The translations under genes were made by a program, and so were the position numbers. From the NCBI GenBank assembly GCA_019058445.1, contig JAHPZA010000003.1:516919-580918 (forward strand): a DNA stretch of 64,000 nucleotides, given 5' to 3'. Of the stretch, positions 1 to 10,080 are shown piece by piece (positions within the stretch are counted from its first letter, which is position 1; every line of letters starts with the position of its first letter). Below the pieces are notes generated by a model. It ran no database searches, was not told the DNA's origin, and saw only the letters and a program-made list of their open reading frames with translations. The DNA comes from Promethearchaeota archaeon. GTDB taxonomy: Archaea > Asgardarchaeota > Lokiarchaeia > Sigyniarchaeales > SOKP01.

Positions 1-329
1 AGGATTTACTTGAAGGAATGAGAACCCGGGTACTTTTTAATAACTTAGAAGATAAACGATGGGCGTGTTTAGTCACAGTTGATAAAAACCAAATAAAAGT
101 GGAAGGGATTAGAAAAGAGGGTAAAGACTCTCTTAGTCGTAAAAAACTCTTCTATTGGGGCTATTGGGAATTTCCAAATCTCCAAACAATGATGGGAGCG
201 AGTAGTTGGAAATCTGGTAAATGGATTAGAAAGATGGGATCAGGGAAAGTGAAAGGGGCTTCGCAAATTGCATTAATTGGACAGATTCTAGCTTTGGCAA
301 GACCTCCAGAGCCTCCTGCAGAAAAATAA
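1..329 (+). CDS. Hypothetical protein, probably 5'-truncated by the window edge (possibly SCP2-like small domain)
   Basis: The frame is open from position 3 (DLLEGMRTRV...) to TAA at 327-329 and is followed by a T-rich tract. The family guess is weak. Confidence 0.55.
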   Translation, partial: DLLEGMRTRVLFNNLEDKRWACLVTVDKNQIKVEGIRKEGKDSLSRKKLFYWGYWEFPNLQTMMGASSWKSGKWIRKMGSGKVKGASQIALIGQILALARPPEPPAEK

Positions 330-332
330 TAA

Positions 333-381
333 TATTTTTTTATAGAGAATTTTTTTCTTTCTTTTTTTATTTTCAATTTTT
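333..381 (+). terminator. Oligo-T tract, archaeal-type terminator candidate
   Basis: Several runs of 5-8 T immediately after the stop at 329. Confidence 0.35.
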
Positions 382-492
382 CCTAAGACGCTAAAATCAC
401 AATTGATTATAGAAAAATTAGTATTTAATGTAAGCATCATTTTACTTGGTATATAAGAATTTTAATTAGATTAAAGAAAATACAGTAGTATA

Positions 493-2046
493 ATGAAAGT
501 TATTGTTATTGGCTCGGGTATATCCGGAGCAACTTCTGCAGCCTTATTAGCAAAGGAGGGGCATTCGGTGATCGTGTATGAGCAGCATGAAAAAATTGGA
601 GGAATAACAGCAACCATCGAGCAAGATGGATATAGATGGGATTGGGGACAAATGATTGTTCCAGATTTAAGTGATAATGAACCGGGGCGGCTTGTTCTTG
701 AAAAATTAGGCATTTCCGAAAAAATAAAAACAATTAAAGGCTATAGAGAAAATTATTTTCCTGATTTTAGAATTCGCAAACCTCAAAAGTTTAAAGGAAT
801 TTATTGGCGAAAAGAGTATTTTAAGGAGCTATTTCCTGAAGATGCGAAAGGTATAGATAAATATTATAAAATATACAATCGAATTCATGACCTCACTGGG
901 CTGTTTAATAAGCCAGGACTATTGGCAAAGCTTAAACTATTTTTAAAATTCCTGCCAATAATGGGCAAGAAAAATTGGAGTGCCCAACAACTTATGGATT
1001 ACTGTTTTTCAAACAAAAAGCTTCAGGCTGTTTTTATTGGGATTCTTGCGGATTATGTCGCCTCACCAGAGGTTTTTCCGGGTTTAATCATCCCCATAAT
1101 AAATGCAGAGTCTCAATATGATGAAAGAGTTCCATTAGATTATGGAAAACATGAGCATAGGTCATCATGGACATTTATTGAAAATGGATGTATAGAATTA
1201 ATAAATGCGATAGTTGGTGTGATAACAAAATGTGGTGGCAAGATAATCACTAACATGGCAGTATCAAAAATTTTGATTGAAAGCGGTAAAGGAAAAGGAG
1301 TTATTACATCTGATGGAAAAGTACATGAAGCTGATGTTGTAGTGGCAAGTGGTGGCGCAAAAGAACTGTTTTTAGATCTTATTGAAGCAAAATATCTTCC
1401 CAATGATTTTATTAACACATATATAAATAATTTATTTACCACCGAATCTGTTTTTATGGTGCATTTAGGCGTTGATTATGATCCTTCCGTCCATCAAAAT
1501 GGTGCGGCTCTCTGTTACTATTATTTAACTTATGATATTAACGAAAGTATTAAGGAATGCCAAAAAGGAATATATCATGAAGGAAAAGATGGTTTTTTAG
1601 TATATATTCCATCAGTCCATTCACCTAATATGGCCCCTCCGGGACACCATGCAGTTACAGTTTATACAATTGCTCCGAATAATCTTATCAACGGAAATTG
1701 GGAGGATAAAAAAGAAGAATGGTCTGAAAAACTCCTTGATATTGCAGAAAAACATGTTCCCGGATTACGTGAGCATACCAAGACGAAAATTATATTGACG
1801 CCGGAAGATTTCAAAAACAGGACGTATCTTAAGCATCATGCATTTGGTGGTACAGTCCCCCATTTAACAATACCCCCGCCACCGCATAAGTCGCCTATAG
1901 AGGGGCTTTGGTTTGTTGGCGCTCAAAGTGAAACTTATGGGGGGGTTATTGGAGGGATGACTGGAGCCGATAACGTGGTTAAAATGATGTTAAAAGAAAT
2001 GAATTCGAAAACAACTAAACAGACTTTCAAAAGTTTTTCTAAATAA
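493..2046 (+). CDS. Phytoene desaturase (CrtI)/retinol saturase family FAD-dependent oxidoreductase
   Basis: N-terminal Rossmann motif VIVIGSGISG...E...IGG, S-x-F-M-V-H-L-G-V, 'PSVHSPNMAPPG' and C-terminal 'LWFVGA...GGV.G'. Confidence 0.85.
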   Translation: MKVIVIGSGISGATSAALLAKEGHSVIVYEQHEKIGGITATIEQDGYRWDWGQMIVPDLSDNEPGRLVLEKLGISEKIKTIKGYRENYFPDFRIRKPQKFKGIYWRKEYFKELFPEDAKGIDKYYKIYNRIHDLTGLFNKPGLLAKLKLFLKFLPIMGKKNWSAQQLMDYCFSNKKLQAVFIGILADYVASPEVFPGLIIPIINAESQYDERVPLDYGKHEHRSSWTFIENGCIELINAIVGVITKCGGKIITNMAVSKILIESGKGKGVITSDGKVHEADVVVASGGAKELFLDLIEAKYLPNDFINTYINNLFTTESVFMVHLGVDYDPSVHQNGAALCYYYLTYDINESIKECQKGIYHEGKDGFLVYIPSVHSPNMAPPGHHAVTVYTIAPNNLINGNWEDKKEEWSEKLLDIAEKHVPGLREHTKTKIILTPEDFKNRTYLKHHAFGGTVPHLTIPPPPHKSPIEGLWFVGAQSETYGGVIGGMTGADNVVKMMLKEMNSKTTKQTFKSFSK

Positions 2047-2162
2047 ATTCCTTTACAACTTTAATCATTAAAGGTTTATAGATGAATTTTGATTAAACAG
2101 AACTATAAAAGTAAATTTTTAATTATTCAAACACAAAAGGAAATAAAAGAGGAAGAAAAGAT

Positions 2163-2990
2163 ATGGAATTAAAGTATGATCTAGAATCAATAACATCTCA
2201 TACAGTTGCAAATACAACTGGTATAGGTCGTGGAAATGCTGGAGCAATTTCTTTACGAAATTTCACAATTGCTATAGATTCCACGATATATGCCAAAACT
2301 GCCCAAATATTCCGCTATAATCTGGAGAAACATTTTAATTTGCCAATCAAATTTCTTATTTTTACCCATTACCATGCAGATCATATTTTTGGAATTGGAC
2401 CGTTTACCGATGTAGTAACAATTAGTAGTGAGCAAATGATAAGAAATATGAAATCAAAAAGCATTAAAGACCAGTATGAAATCAGGGTTAAAGAGTTTCA
2501 AAAAGAAGATCCCTTGGCTGAAGGTGTAGAATTTAAATTGCCAAATATTGGATTTAATGAGAAACTAATAATTTATGATGAAGATTTACACATCGAGGTA
2601 TTACATACAGGGGGCCACACATCTGGAACCAGTATTGTATATTTTCCCTATGAAAAAGTTGTTTTTGCTGGTGATTTGATTTTTGCTAATTATTTTCCGT
2701 ATGCAGGTGATCCTACATGCAATCCAAATAAGTATATTGAAGCCCTTGAAATAATGAAGAGCTTAAATGCAGAAATTATAATTCCAGGTCATGGAGTTGT
2801 ATTAAAGGGTAAAAACGCTTTGGATATATATATTGAATTTTTCAAAAATTTTCGAAAATCTATAAAGAATGCTATTAAAGAAAATGTTTCTCCCGAAAAG
2901 GTAGAGATTCCACATACATTTGATACTTTTCGTGATGAATTAAAAACAAGATCGATAGAGCACTGGTACAAATTCTTTCAAAATGAATAA
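2163..2990 (+). CDS. MBL-fold metallo-hydrolase (cyclase-like)
   Basis: THYHADH, GGHT, AGDL and PGHG motifs. Confidence 0.85.
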   Translation: MELKYDLESITSHTVANTTGIGRGNAGAISLRNFTIAIDSTIYAKTAQIFRYNLEKHFNLPIKFLIFTHYHADHIFGIGPFTDVVTISSEQMIRNMKSKSIKDQYEIRVKEFQKEDPLAEGVEFKLPNIGFNEKLIIYDEDLHIEVLHTGGHTSGTSIVYFPYEKVVFAGDLIFANYFPYAGDPTCNPNKYIEALEIMKSLNAEIIIPGHGVVLKGKNALDIYIEFFKNFRKSIKNAIKENVSPEKVEIPHTFDTFRDELKTRSIEHWYKFFQNE

Positions 2991-3030
2991 GATATAATGC
3001 CGAAGTGCAGCATTCATATTTGGAATTTAA

Positions 3031-4422
3031 TTAGATATTCCCTCTTTTTTCTTGATGTATTCTATCAATCTCATTTTTGATTTGTTCATATCTTTCTTTA
3101 TTGATGGGAAATTTTAACATTGATAGAACTCCGATTAATAACACAACAGCCGGAAAGATAAACATTAAACTTCGAAGCCCAAGAATAGTTTCTTCAGTAG
3201 CTAATTTGGGGTTAAATACCGTCCATCCGATAATGTTAAAAACAAAGCTTATAGATAAGAATACAGCAATTATAGTCAGTCTATTCATCAAAATTAAAGA
3301 TCCCATATATGCGCCTTCTCTTCGAATTCCCGTTATTAATTCATCTTCATCAATAATCGCAGAGGCGGCTATAATACGAAAAAACATTGCTCCAGAGATT
3401 CCCAAACCCACAAAAATGTAAGCGATAAATGCTCCTATGATATCATTAATAAACATAAAAGGAACTAAGGTTATAATAAAACTGATTAATGCTATTATCA
3501 TACCATTCTTCACTCCAAACTTTAATGATATATATCTCCAAAATACTGTAAATAGTGCAGCAGAAATAAACGAAACTCCTAAAAGGAGGGATAAGATAAA
3601 GGAATTTTCAATATGTAATACAAATCTTCCATATAAAGGAGTAATTACTGGTAAAATACCAAATACATAATAAATTGTAAAGTAGGCAACAAGATTTTTT
3701 CGAAAAGCCTTGTTATTCAATGAAATTTTTATTGAGGATATTATGGGAGGGGCTTTTTCAGAATCCTTTAAGTATTCCAATCGCTCTTTAATCCCAAATT
3801 TAATAAATATTCCACCGGAAATTCCAACAATGATCGCCATAAATATACCCGCATAAATATAGTTCACAGCGTATTTTGAATCAGTATAATTGGGAATGAA
3901 AAAGCTTGGAGCTAAATATGCAAAGATTAATGCTATTATTCCAATGATTTGAATAATATTATTGGCTCTTGCTCTTTCTTCTAAATTTTGATACATTTCA
4001 GGAAATAAAGCCATTGTATTCAAGCTATACATGTTAAAGAAAAACTCAAATAAAAAAATCATAATAAGAAAATAAATAAAGATTGTAATCTCAGGTCCTG
4101 CCGGCGGAATCCATAAAAATATTAATATGATAGAGGTGGGTATTATTCCTACAATTATATATGGTTTTCTCCTCCCCCATTTCGATTTGGTTCGGTCTGA
4201 GAGGGCTCCTAATAATGGATTATTAATTAGGTCCCATAATGACCTTAAAATAAATCCTAACGTGATCCAATTAATATTTAAGCCAACAATAGTAAAGTAA
4301 AAGGTGAATAATAAAAATGAAATAAATTGAGATGCTACAACATCGGCAAAATAAGCATTACTATATGCCAATATATCGGTGGTCGAGTGTTCCTGTTTAG
4401 TTTTATCTTTTGTAATGTTCAT
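3031..4422 (-). CDS. MFS transporter, glycoside-pentoside-hexuronide (GPH/MelB) family
   Basis: About 12 hydrophobic segments, 'NPLLGALSDRTKSKWGRRKPY' and 'IIDEDELITGIRREG'. Confidence 0.9.
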   Translation of the reverse strand: MNITKDKTKQEHSTTDILAYSNAYFADVVASQFISFLLFTFYFTIVGLNINWITLGFILRSLWDLINNPLLGALSDRTKSKWGRRKPYIIVGIIPTSIILIFLWIPPAGPEITIFIYFLIMIFLFEFFFNMYSLNTMALFPEMYQNLEERARANNIIQIIGIIALIFAYLAPSFFIPNYTDSKYAVNYIYAGIFMAIIVGISGGIFIKFGIKERLEYLKDSEKAPPIISSIKISLNNKAFRKNLVAYFTIYYVFGILPVITPLYGRFVLHIENSFILSLLLGVSFISAALFTVFWRYISLKFGVKNGMIIALISFIITLVPFMFINDIIGAFIAYIFVGLGISGAMFFRIIAASAIIDEDELITGIRREGAYMGSLILMNRLTIIAVFLSISFVFNIIGWTVFNPKLATEETILGLRSLMFIFPAVVLLIGVLSMLKFPINKERYEQIKNEIDRIHQEKRGNI

Positions 4423-4576
4423 TTATATTTACAAATTTGTTTAAATATTTTAATTGGCTAATTTTATGCATATATTTAATTAATACTATTATATTAATTT
4501 CATTTAATATAAAGTGAATAAAAATAAGAACTTAATTTTGTTCACAGAGATATGATCAAATAGAAAATAAACTAAT

Positions 4577-5470
4577 CTATTCATTCATTTGTTTTTTCAA
4601 TTTCTTTAGGTATACCTTTGCTGCTTTATCCTTTGGGTCGATTTTCAGTGCATTTTCAATGCATTCCAAGGCTTTCTGAGGATCCCCCGTATTATTATAT
4701 GCGATTCCTAAATTATAAAATGCCGTGGAATTATTAGAATCGGTCTGAATAGCCTTTTCATAACACTCGATAGCTCTTTCGATCTTGCCAATATCTTTAT
4801 AAGCAAACCCTAAATTATTCCACACTTCTGATACGTTTGGATCCAGACTTACTGATTTTTCAAAACTCTCAATAGCTTTTAATTTCTTTTCCAATCTATA
4901 ATAAGATTCTCCCATTTCATACCATATTACGGCATCATCAGGATCCAATCTAATTGATCTATTAAAACTGTCTATAGCATTCTTGAAATTTCCAGCACTT
5001 TTATAGATACGGCCTATATTTTTCCAAGCATTCACATATTTTGAATCTAGCTTAGTTACTTTATTGAAGCTCTCTACAGCTTTTTGCCCATCGTGGGTTT
5101 TGAGATATGCCAGTCCTAAGTGAAACCAGGCATTTTTGTCCTTTGCATCAAGATTCACTGCTTGTGTAAAGTATTCAATTGCTTTTTTATAATTTTCTAA
5201 TTTACTATATCCTATTCCACAATTAAACCATGCTATTTGATCTTGGGGGTTAATTGCAATAGCTTTATCGCAACTTTGAACTAACATTTTATAATTTCCT
5301 ACATTCTCATATGCTGCACCGAGATTAATCCATATATCGCTACTTTCGGGATAAATTTTAGCTGCATTTTTGAAAGCATTAATGGCCTCTTTAAACTTTC
5401 CAGAATCAAAATAATTAACTCCGGCAGTAACCCATTCTGAACCCGTTTTCCCTTCAATTTTTTTTGACAT
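4577..5470 (-). CDS. Tetratricopeptide repeat protein (about 8 TPRs)
   Basis: 34-aa periodic pattern W.N.G..Y...G....A...F..A..L.P along the whole length. Confidence 0.92.
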   Translation of the reverse strand: MSKKIEGKTGSEWVTAGVNYFDSGKFKEAINAFKNAAKIYPESSDIWINLGAAYENVGNYKMLVQSCDKAIAINPQDQIAWFNCGIGYSKLENYKKAIEYFTQAVNLDAKDKNAWFHLGLAYLKTHDGQKAVESFNKVTKLDSKYVNAWKNIGRIYKSAGNFKNAIDSFNRSIRLDPDDAVIWYEMGESYYRLEKKLKAIESFEKSVSLDPNVSEVWNNLGFAYKDIGKIERAIECYEKAIQTDSNNSTAFYNLGIAYNNTGDPQKALECIENALKIDPKDKAAKVYLKKLKKQMNE

Positions 5471-5640
5471 ATGAAATCAAAATCTCTAATAAGAATCATC
5501 TTATAAAACTTTAATTTTTTAGAAAGAATAAACTCAAAAACTGAATTTTAGGCTGGATATCACTAAGATAAAATAATAGTATACAATTTGAAAAAAATGA
5601 ACCTTATGATGGATGGAATTTAAATGACTGCTATGGATAC

Positions 5641-6366
5641 TCAAATACTTGAAATTTCATTCACTAGTGTTGCTCCACAGTGTTTGCAATATTTATCATT
5701 TAGGTTTATTCGTTTACCACAGGAAGAACAGGTTTTAAATTTAAACTGCGTTAACCACATTCTGCAAGCTATACAAAAATTAGCTGTAGCTCGATTCTCC
5801 ATTCCGCATCTAGGGCAGATAATTTTACCAGGTTGTTCTTGAAACTCTCGAGACATATCTATGCTGCTTCCAGTTTTTTTTAAAAAAATTTGTGAGGGCG
5901 GTATGTCAGATTGTTCTACTGGAAGAATACAAATAGCGTCCTTGCTATGTGTTCCGACGTTTGATATTAATCCCGTTTTTTGCAAAAAGAACAAAGCTAA
6001 GTGCCAATCCCTATATTTTTTTCCTTTTATTGGCTTCCATTTTGAAGGAAGCTGAATTACAAAACCAATTTCAATTTTTTCACCGGATTTTATAAATTGG
6101 GGATGTTCTAAACGGTATTTTTTAAGAAAGATACTTTGCTCCATCCAACGTTTACGAGTAAAAAGACTATCTGGATCATGTTCGGATAGTCTTTCATAAT
6201 GTTCGAATCTTGAAAGTAATTCTATATATACCTTTTTCAACTTTTTTTCTTTGTTTCCTGTATTACTTAGAGTAATCTTACCCGAAAGTGTATCATTAGG
6301 ATATACTATCGAAGGAGGATCATAAATCTCATATGTTATGTGTATTTTTGAAGTAATAGATCCCAC
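5641..6366 (-). CDS. Arrestin-N/SpoOM-like domain fused to a double zinc ribbon
   Basis: GTG start. 'YPNDTLSGKITL...VYIEL...F.IQLP' resembles arrestin_N. C-terminal CPRC..CIAC..CSSC..CKHC. Confidence 0.65.
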   Translation of the reverse strand: MGSITSKIHITYEIYDPPSIVYPNDTLSGKITLSNTGNKEKKLKKVYIELLSRFEHYERLSEHDPDSLFTRKRWMEQSIFLKKYRLEHPQFIKSGEKIEIGFVIQLPSKWKPIKGKKYRDWHLALFFLQKTGLISNVGTHSKDAICILPVEQSDIPPSQIFLKKTGSSIDMSREFQEQPGKIICPRCGMENRATANFCIACRMWLTQFKFKTCSSCGKRINLNDKYCKHCGATLVNEISSI

Positions 6367-6492
6367 TACTTACTGTATAAAAATCTTTTATAGAATGATT
6401 ATAAAATGGTTTTTCGAATTTATATAAATTTTTGTCAAATTTAAAATTATTTTTAAAACTTAAGGGAAAAAAAGAAAAAGTGGATTTTTATT

Positions 6493-7779
6493 CTATTTAG
6501 GTTCATAATCCTCTGGATTTAATAAAGCGAAGAATATGATGCCAACATTTTGCATTATTGCTAAGAATAAAAAGACAATAAAAAAGCTTGCAGTCATCCG
6601 AAATATTATTCCCGTAATAAAAAGTCCCAAAACTACTCCGATATTGGTAAATGCCATACAAATTGCAAAATAAGTCCCTATCATTTCAGGATGTTTTTTT
6701 GATATTTGACCTGTGACACCAGTATAACTTGAAATGCGGATGCCCATTGCAAAACCAATTAAACCGGCAAAAAAGAGCAGTACTCCAATTCCAATTAAGT
6801 TGATATCAATTAAAATTAATAATATTGTAACAGTCGATAATAAAAATGAAAGATATACACTTATTCTCCTTGAAAGAAGATCAGATAATCGTCCCCCTAA
6901 TACTGAACCAACAATTATCCCAATACTCGTAATAAGGCTTATATTAGCTTGGTACACATATAAAGATGCCTCTGTTCCTCCTAATGACAAAGATCCTCCC
7001 GGCTTTAATTCGATTAAATTCATTTGAATTAAAATATAGATCGATAAGAATATAAAAATCACTTGATTGAGCAGTGAATTAAAAATCGAGTATAAATAAA
7101 CCTTCCAATCTCTGCTGTTATTAAACATGCTTTTCATATGGGATCCTATTTGAACTTCAGGATATGTTGTTGCTACTTTTATTGTAAGTATTAAAAAAGC
7201 TACAATTATTAATAAAATTCCAACAATCACAAAAACTAATTACACAGTTAAAACTTCAAAAATAACTACTAGATAAAGGAAAATAGGACCCCCCGTTACA
7301 GTGCCTATTGCTCTTGTACCAAAACAATACCCTTGAGTTCTTCCTAATTTCTCTTTTGGACAAATATCAAGAATAAAAGCATCAGTAGCAGTATCAATAA
7401 TATACAAAGTTAAAAATATGATAAAACCCAGTATTGATATAATTACTAAAACGTTAGTAGGAGTTATCAATATAGGCAGAGCAATAAATAAAAATCCAGA
7501 TATAATTCCTGCAACTAAAATCCAAGGCTTTCGTCGACCAAGTTTCTTCGTACCAAACCTATCAGTTAATATACCATAAATGAATTTCATTAGAATAGGT
7601 GCTGCCACAATAGTCGCTAAAAAGGCTAGATCGCTGGCATCTAAGGTTCCTATAAATCCTATTAAGAAAACAGGAATAATGACTGCGAAGGTACTCATAA
7701 CTATGCCTTGCATGAGATAGTTTATGGTGAAAACTAAAGTATATGATGATTTGTATTCAATATCTTCTTCACTAGCCAT
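6493..7779 (-). pseudogene. MFS transporter (AmpG/BT1-like) interrupted by one in-frame TAA
   Basis: ORFs 7240..7779 and 6493..7230 are in the same frame and read ...FEVLTV*LVFVIVG.... Joined they give about 428 codons with 'LTDRFGTKKLGRRKPW' and 'GGRLSDLLSRR'. Confidence 0.75.
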
Positions 7780-7913
7780 CTTTAAATCTCTATTCTTGTT
7801 AGTTTATTAAATTTCATACTATAAAATTAGATAAAATTTATTTCTATTATTATTTAAAGATAACCTTTTAATGCGAGTTAAAACTTGATTTACAAAACAA
7901 TCGCTAACCAATT

Positions 7914-9338
7914 ATGACTATTATCAGACCAAAAATTCAATTGTTAGATGAGAAACATAAAGCACAAATTCTTCTAGAAGCTAAAAATATTCTTGAAACT
8001 CTCGGAGTCTATATAGAAAATGAGCAAGCGATTGAATTATTAAACAGTAATGGATTAAACCATAAAAATTCGCGCTTTTTCCTTCCATCTGATTTAGTAG
8101 ATAAGTGTTTAGGGGATGTTCCATCCGAAATTATTTTATATGATAGAGAGAGTGAAGAAAACCTCTCATTGAGAGATGATAATTCCTATTTTAATCCTGG
8201 ATCTGCTGCGATGCATATTTTAGATGATGCTACTTATCAGAGAAGAAAGGCAACTACTCAAGATTTTATCCGTTTTTCTAAAATTGTTGAGCAATTAAAG
8301 TATATTGAGGCTCAGAGTACCGCATTAATCTGTAATGATATCCACATAGAGGCTCAAGATTGGCATAGGTTATTGATCTGTTTAACAAATTGCTATAAAC
8401 CAATTATTACGGGTACATTCCGTAAAGAAAGTTTCAAAATCATGCGAGAGCTCCTTCTTGCCTGCCGATTATCTGAGGATGACTTAGCGAGAAAGCCGTT
8501 GGCTATCTTCGATGCTGCGCCTTCTCCACCTTTAAAATGGACGGATCTCACAACCCAAGCCATAATTGACGGAGCGAAAAGTAGGATTCCCGTGGAATTT
8601 GTATCAATGCCTTTAGGAGGAGCAAATGCTCCAATTACATTAATAGGTTCGATCACCCAAATCTGTGCTGAGAACTTAGCTGGGATAGTAATTTCCCAAC
8701 TAACAGCTCGCGGAGCCCCTCTCATATGGGGAGGTTCTCCATCAATGTTAGATATGAAATATGGAACACCACCAATGAGTGCAATCGAATCGATGATGGT
8801 AAATATTGGTGGTGTTGAAATGGGTAAATATTTGAATATGCCCACACATGCTTATATGAGTGTAAGCGACTCAATGATTCCGGATACTCAAGCAGGTCTT
8901 GAAGCAGGAATGGGTATATTACTTGGAGCATTAGCCGGAATAAATGTAAATTCCGGTCCTGGAATGTTAGAATTTGAAATTACTCAAAGCATTGAGAAAC
9001 TATTAATTGATAATGAAATTGTTGGTATGGTAAAAAGATTTTTATCTGGAATTGAAGATTACGGGAAGCCTTTTGCGTCAGATATTTTACAAGATTATCA
9101 AAAGAAGGAACAACTACTTACACACCCGACAACCAAGAAGTTATTTAAGACAGAATTATTTTTACCAAGTTCTATAATTAATAGAATGTCCTATAGTATG
9201 TGGAAAAATTCCGGAGAAAAATCAACAAGGAAGAGAGCTATGGAAGAAGCCTCCAAATTAATAAAAAAGCCTCCGATAAAACCCATTAAGGAAATTCTGC
9301 GAAATGAATTAAATAAAATTGCGTCTAATTATTTATAA
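7914..9338 (+). CDS. Trimethylamine:corrinoid methyltransferase (MttB) superfamily, non-pyrrolysine
   Basis: 'SPPLKW', 'GANAPITLIGS..Q..AENLAG', 'DMKYG', 'SDS...D.QAG.E', 'G.LE' and 'LLIDNE'. No internal amber codon. Confidence 0.9.
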   Translation: MTIIRPKIQLLDEKHKAQILLEAKNILETLGVYIENEQAIELLNSNGLNHKNSRFFLPSDLVDKCLGDVPSEIILYDRESEENLSLRDDNSYFNPGSAAMHILDDATYQRRKATTQDFIRFSKIVEQLKYIEAQSTALICNDIHIEAQDWHRLLICLTNCYKPIITGTFRKESFKIMRELLLACRLSEDDLARKPLAIFDAAPSPPLKWTDLTTQAIIDGAKSRIPVEFVSMPLGGANAPITLIGSITQICAENLAGIVISQLTARGAPLIWGGSPSMLDMKYGTPPMSAIESMMVNIGGVEMGKYLNMPTHAYMSVSDSMIPDTQAGLEAGMGILLGALAGINVNSGPGMLEFEITQSIEKLLIDNEIVGMVKRFLSGIEDYGKPFASDILQDYQKKEQLLTHPTTKKLFKTELFLPSSIINRMSYSMWKNSGEKSTRKRAMEEASKLIKKPPIKPIKEILRNELNKIASNYL

Positions 9339-9385
9339 TAAAAATAAAATTTTTTATAGAAATTTGATTTTAATTAAAGAGAAAG

Positions 9386-10039
9386 ATGAATATGTCTCAA
9401 GAGAACATATATAGAGAAATTTCCGCAGCAATAGTAGAGTTAAATAAAGAAAAAGCTATACAAATGGCAAATAAAGCCATAGATGAAAGGATGAATATAT
9501 TAGATGTGATTGAGAATGGTTTTGCAGAAGGTATTCGACGAGTCGGAGAGTTATGGGATGAGGGGGAATTTTTTTTACCAGAATTAATGATGGGTGCTAA
9601 AATTATGCAAGAATGTTTAGAACTTCTTATGCCCCATTTAGAGAGAGGAGTAGAAAGAAAAACACTAGGAAAAGTCGTCATAGCTACTATTGAGGGAGAT
9701 ATACATTCAATAGGGAAAACGATTGTAGCCACAATGTTAAGAGCTTATGGATTCGAAGTTTTTGATATAGGAGCAGATGTTCCAGTAGATAAAATTATAG
9801 ATACTGCCATTGAAAAAAATGCTGACGTAATTGGAATTTCAGCTCTACTTACAACAACCATGATCGGTCAAAAAAAAGTTATAGAAGTTTTAAAAGAAAA
9901 AGGAATCGCTGATAAATTTAAAGTGATTCTGGGGGGCGCACCAATAACAGGTGAATGGGTTAAAGAATGTTGTGCCGATGGCTACGCCGGAAACGCTGTG
10001 GAAGCCGTTAACCTAGTCAAATCCTTATTAAGTAAATAA
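9386..10039 (+). CDS. Methyltransferase cognate corrinoid protein (MttC/MtbC-like)
   Basis: Cap domain 'GELWDEGEFFLPEL', B12-binding GDIHSIGK, 'SALLTTTM' and 'GGAP'. Confidence 0.93.
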   Translation: MNMSQENIYREISAAIVELNKEKAIQMANKAIDERMNILDVIENGFAEGIRRVGELWDEGEFFLPELMMGAKIMQECLELLMPHLERGVERKTLGKVVIATIEGDIHSIGKTIVATMLRAYGFEVFDIGADVPVDKIIDTAIEKNADVIGISALLTTTMIGQKKVIEVLKEKGIADKFKVILGGAPITGEWVKECCADGYAGNAVEAVNLVKSLLSK

Positions 10040-10080
10040 ATAGAAGTACAGAGGAGATAAAGCTGCTTTTTTATGATTGG

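Noticed and set aside
493-2046. Carotenoid biosynthesis gene crtI
   Set aside because: No phytoene synthase or other crt genes are nearby. Only the family-level call is supported.
7240-7242. Pyrrolysine readthrough of the stop in the MFS gene beside the MttB genes
   Set aside because: The codon is TAA, not TAG. None of the MttB genes contains an amber codon and no pyl genes are in the window.
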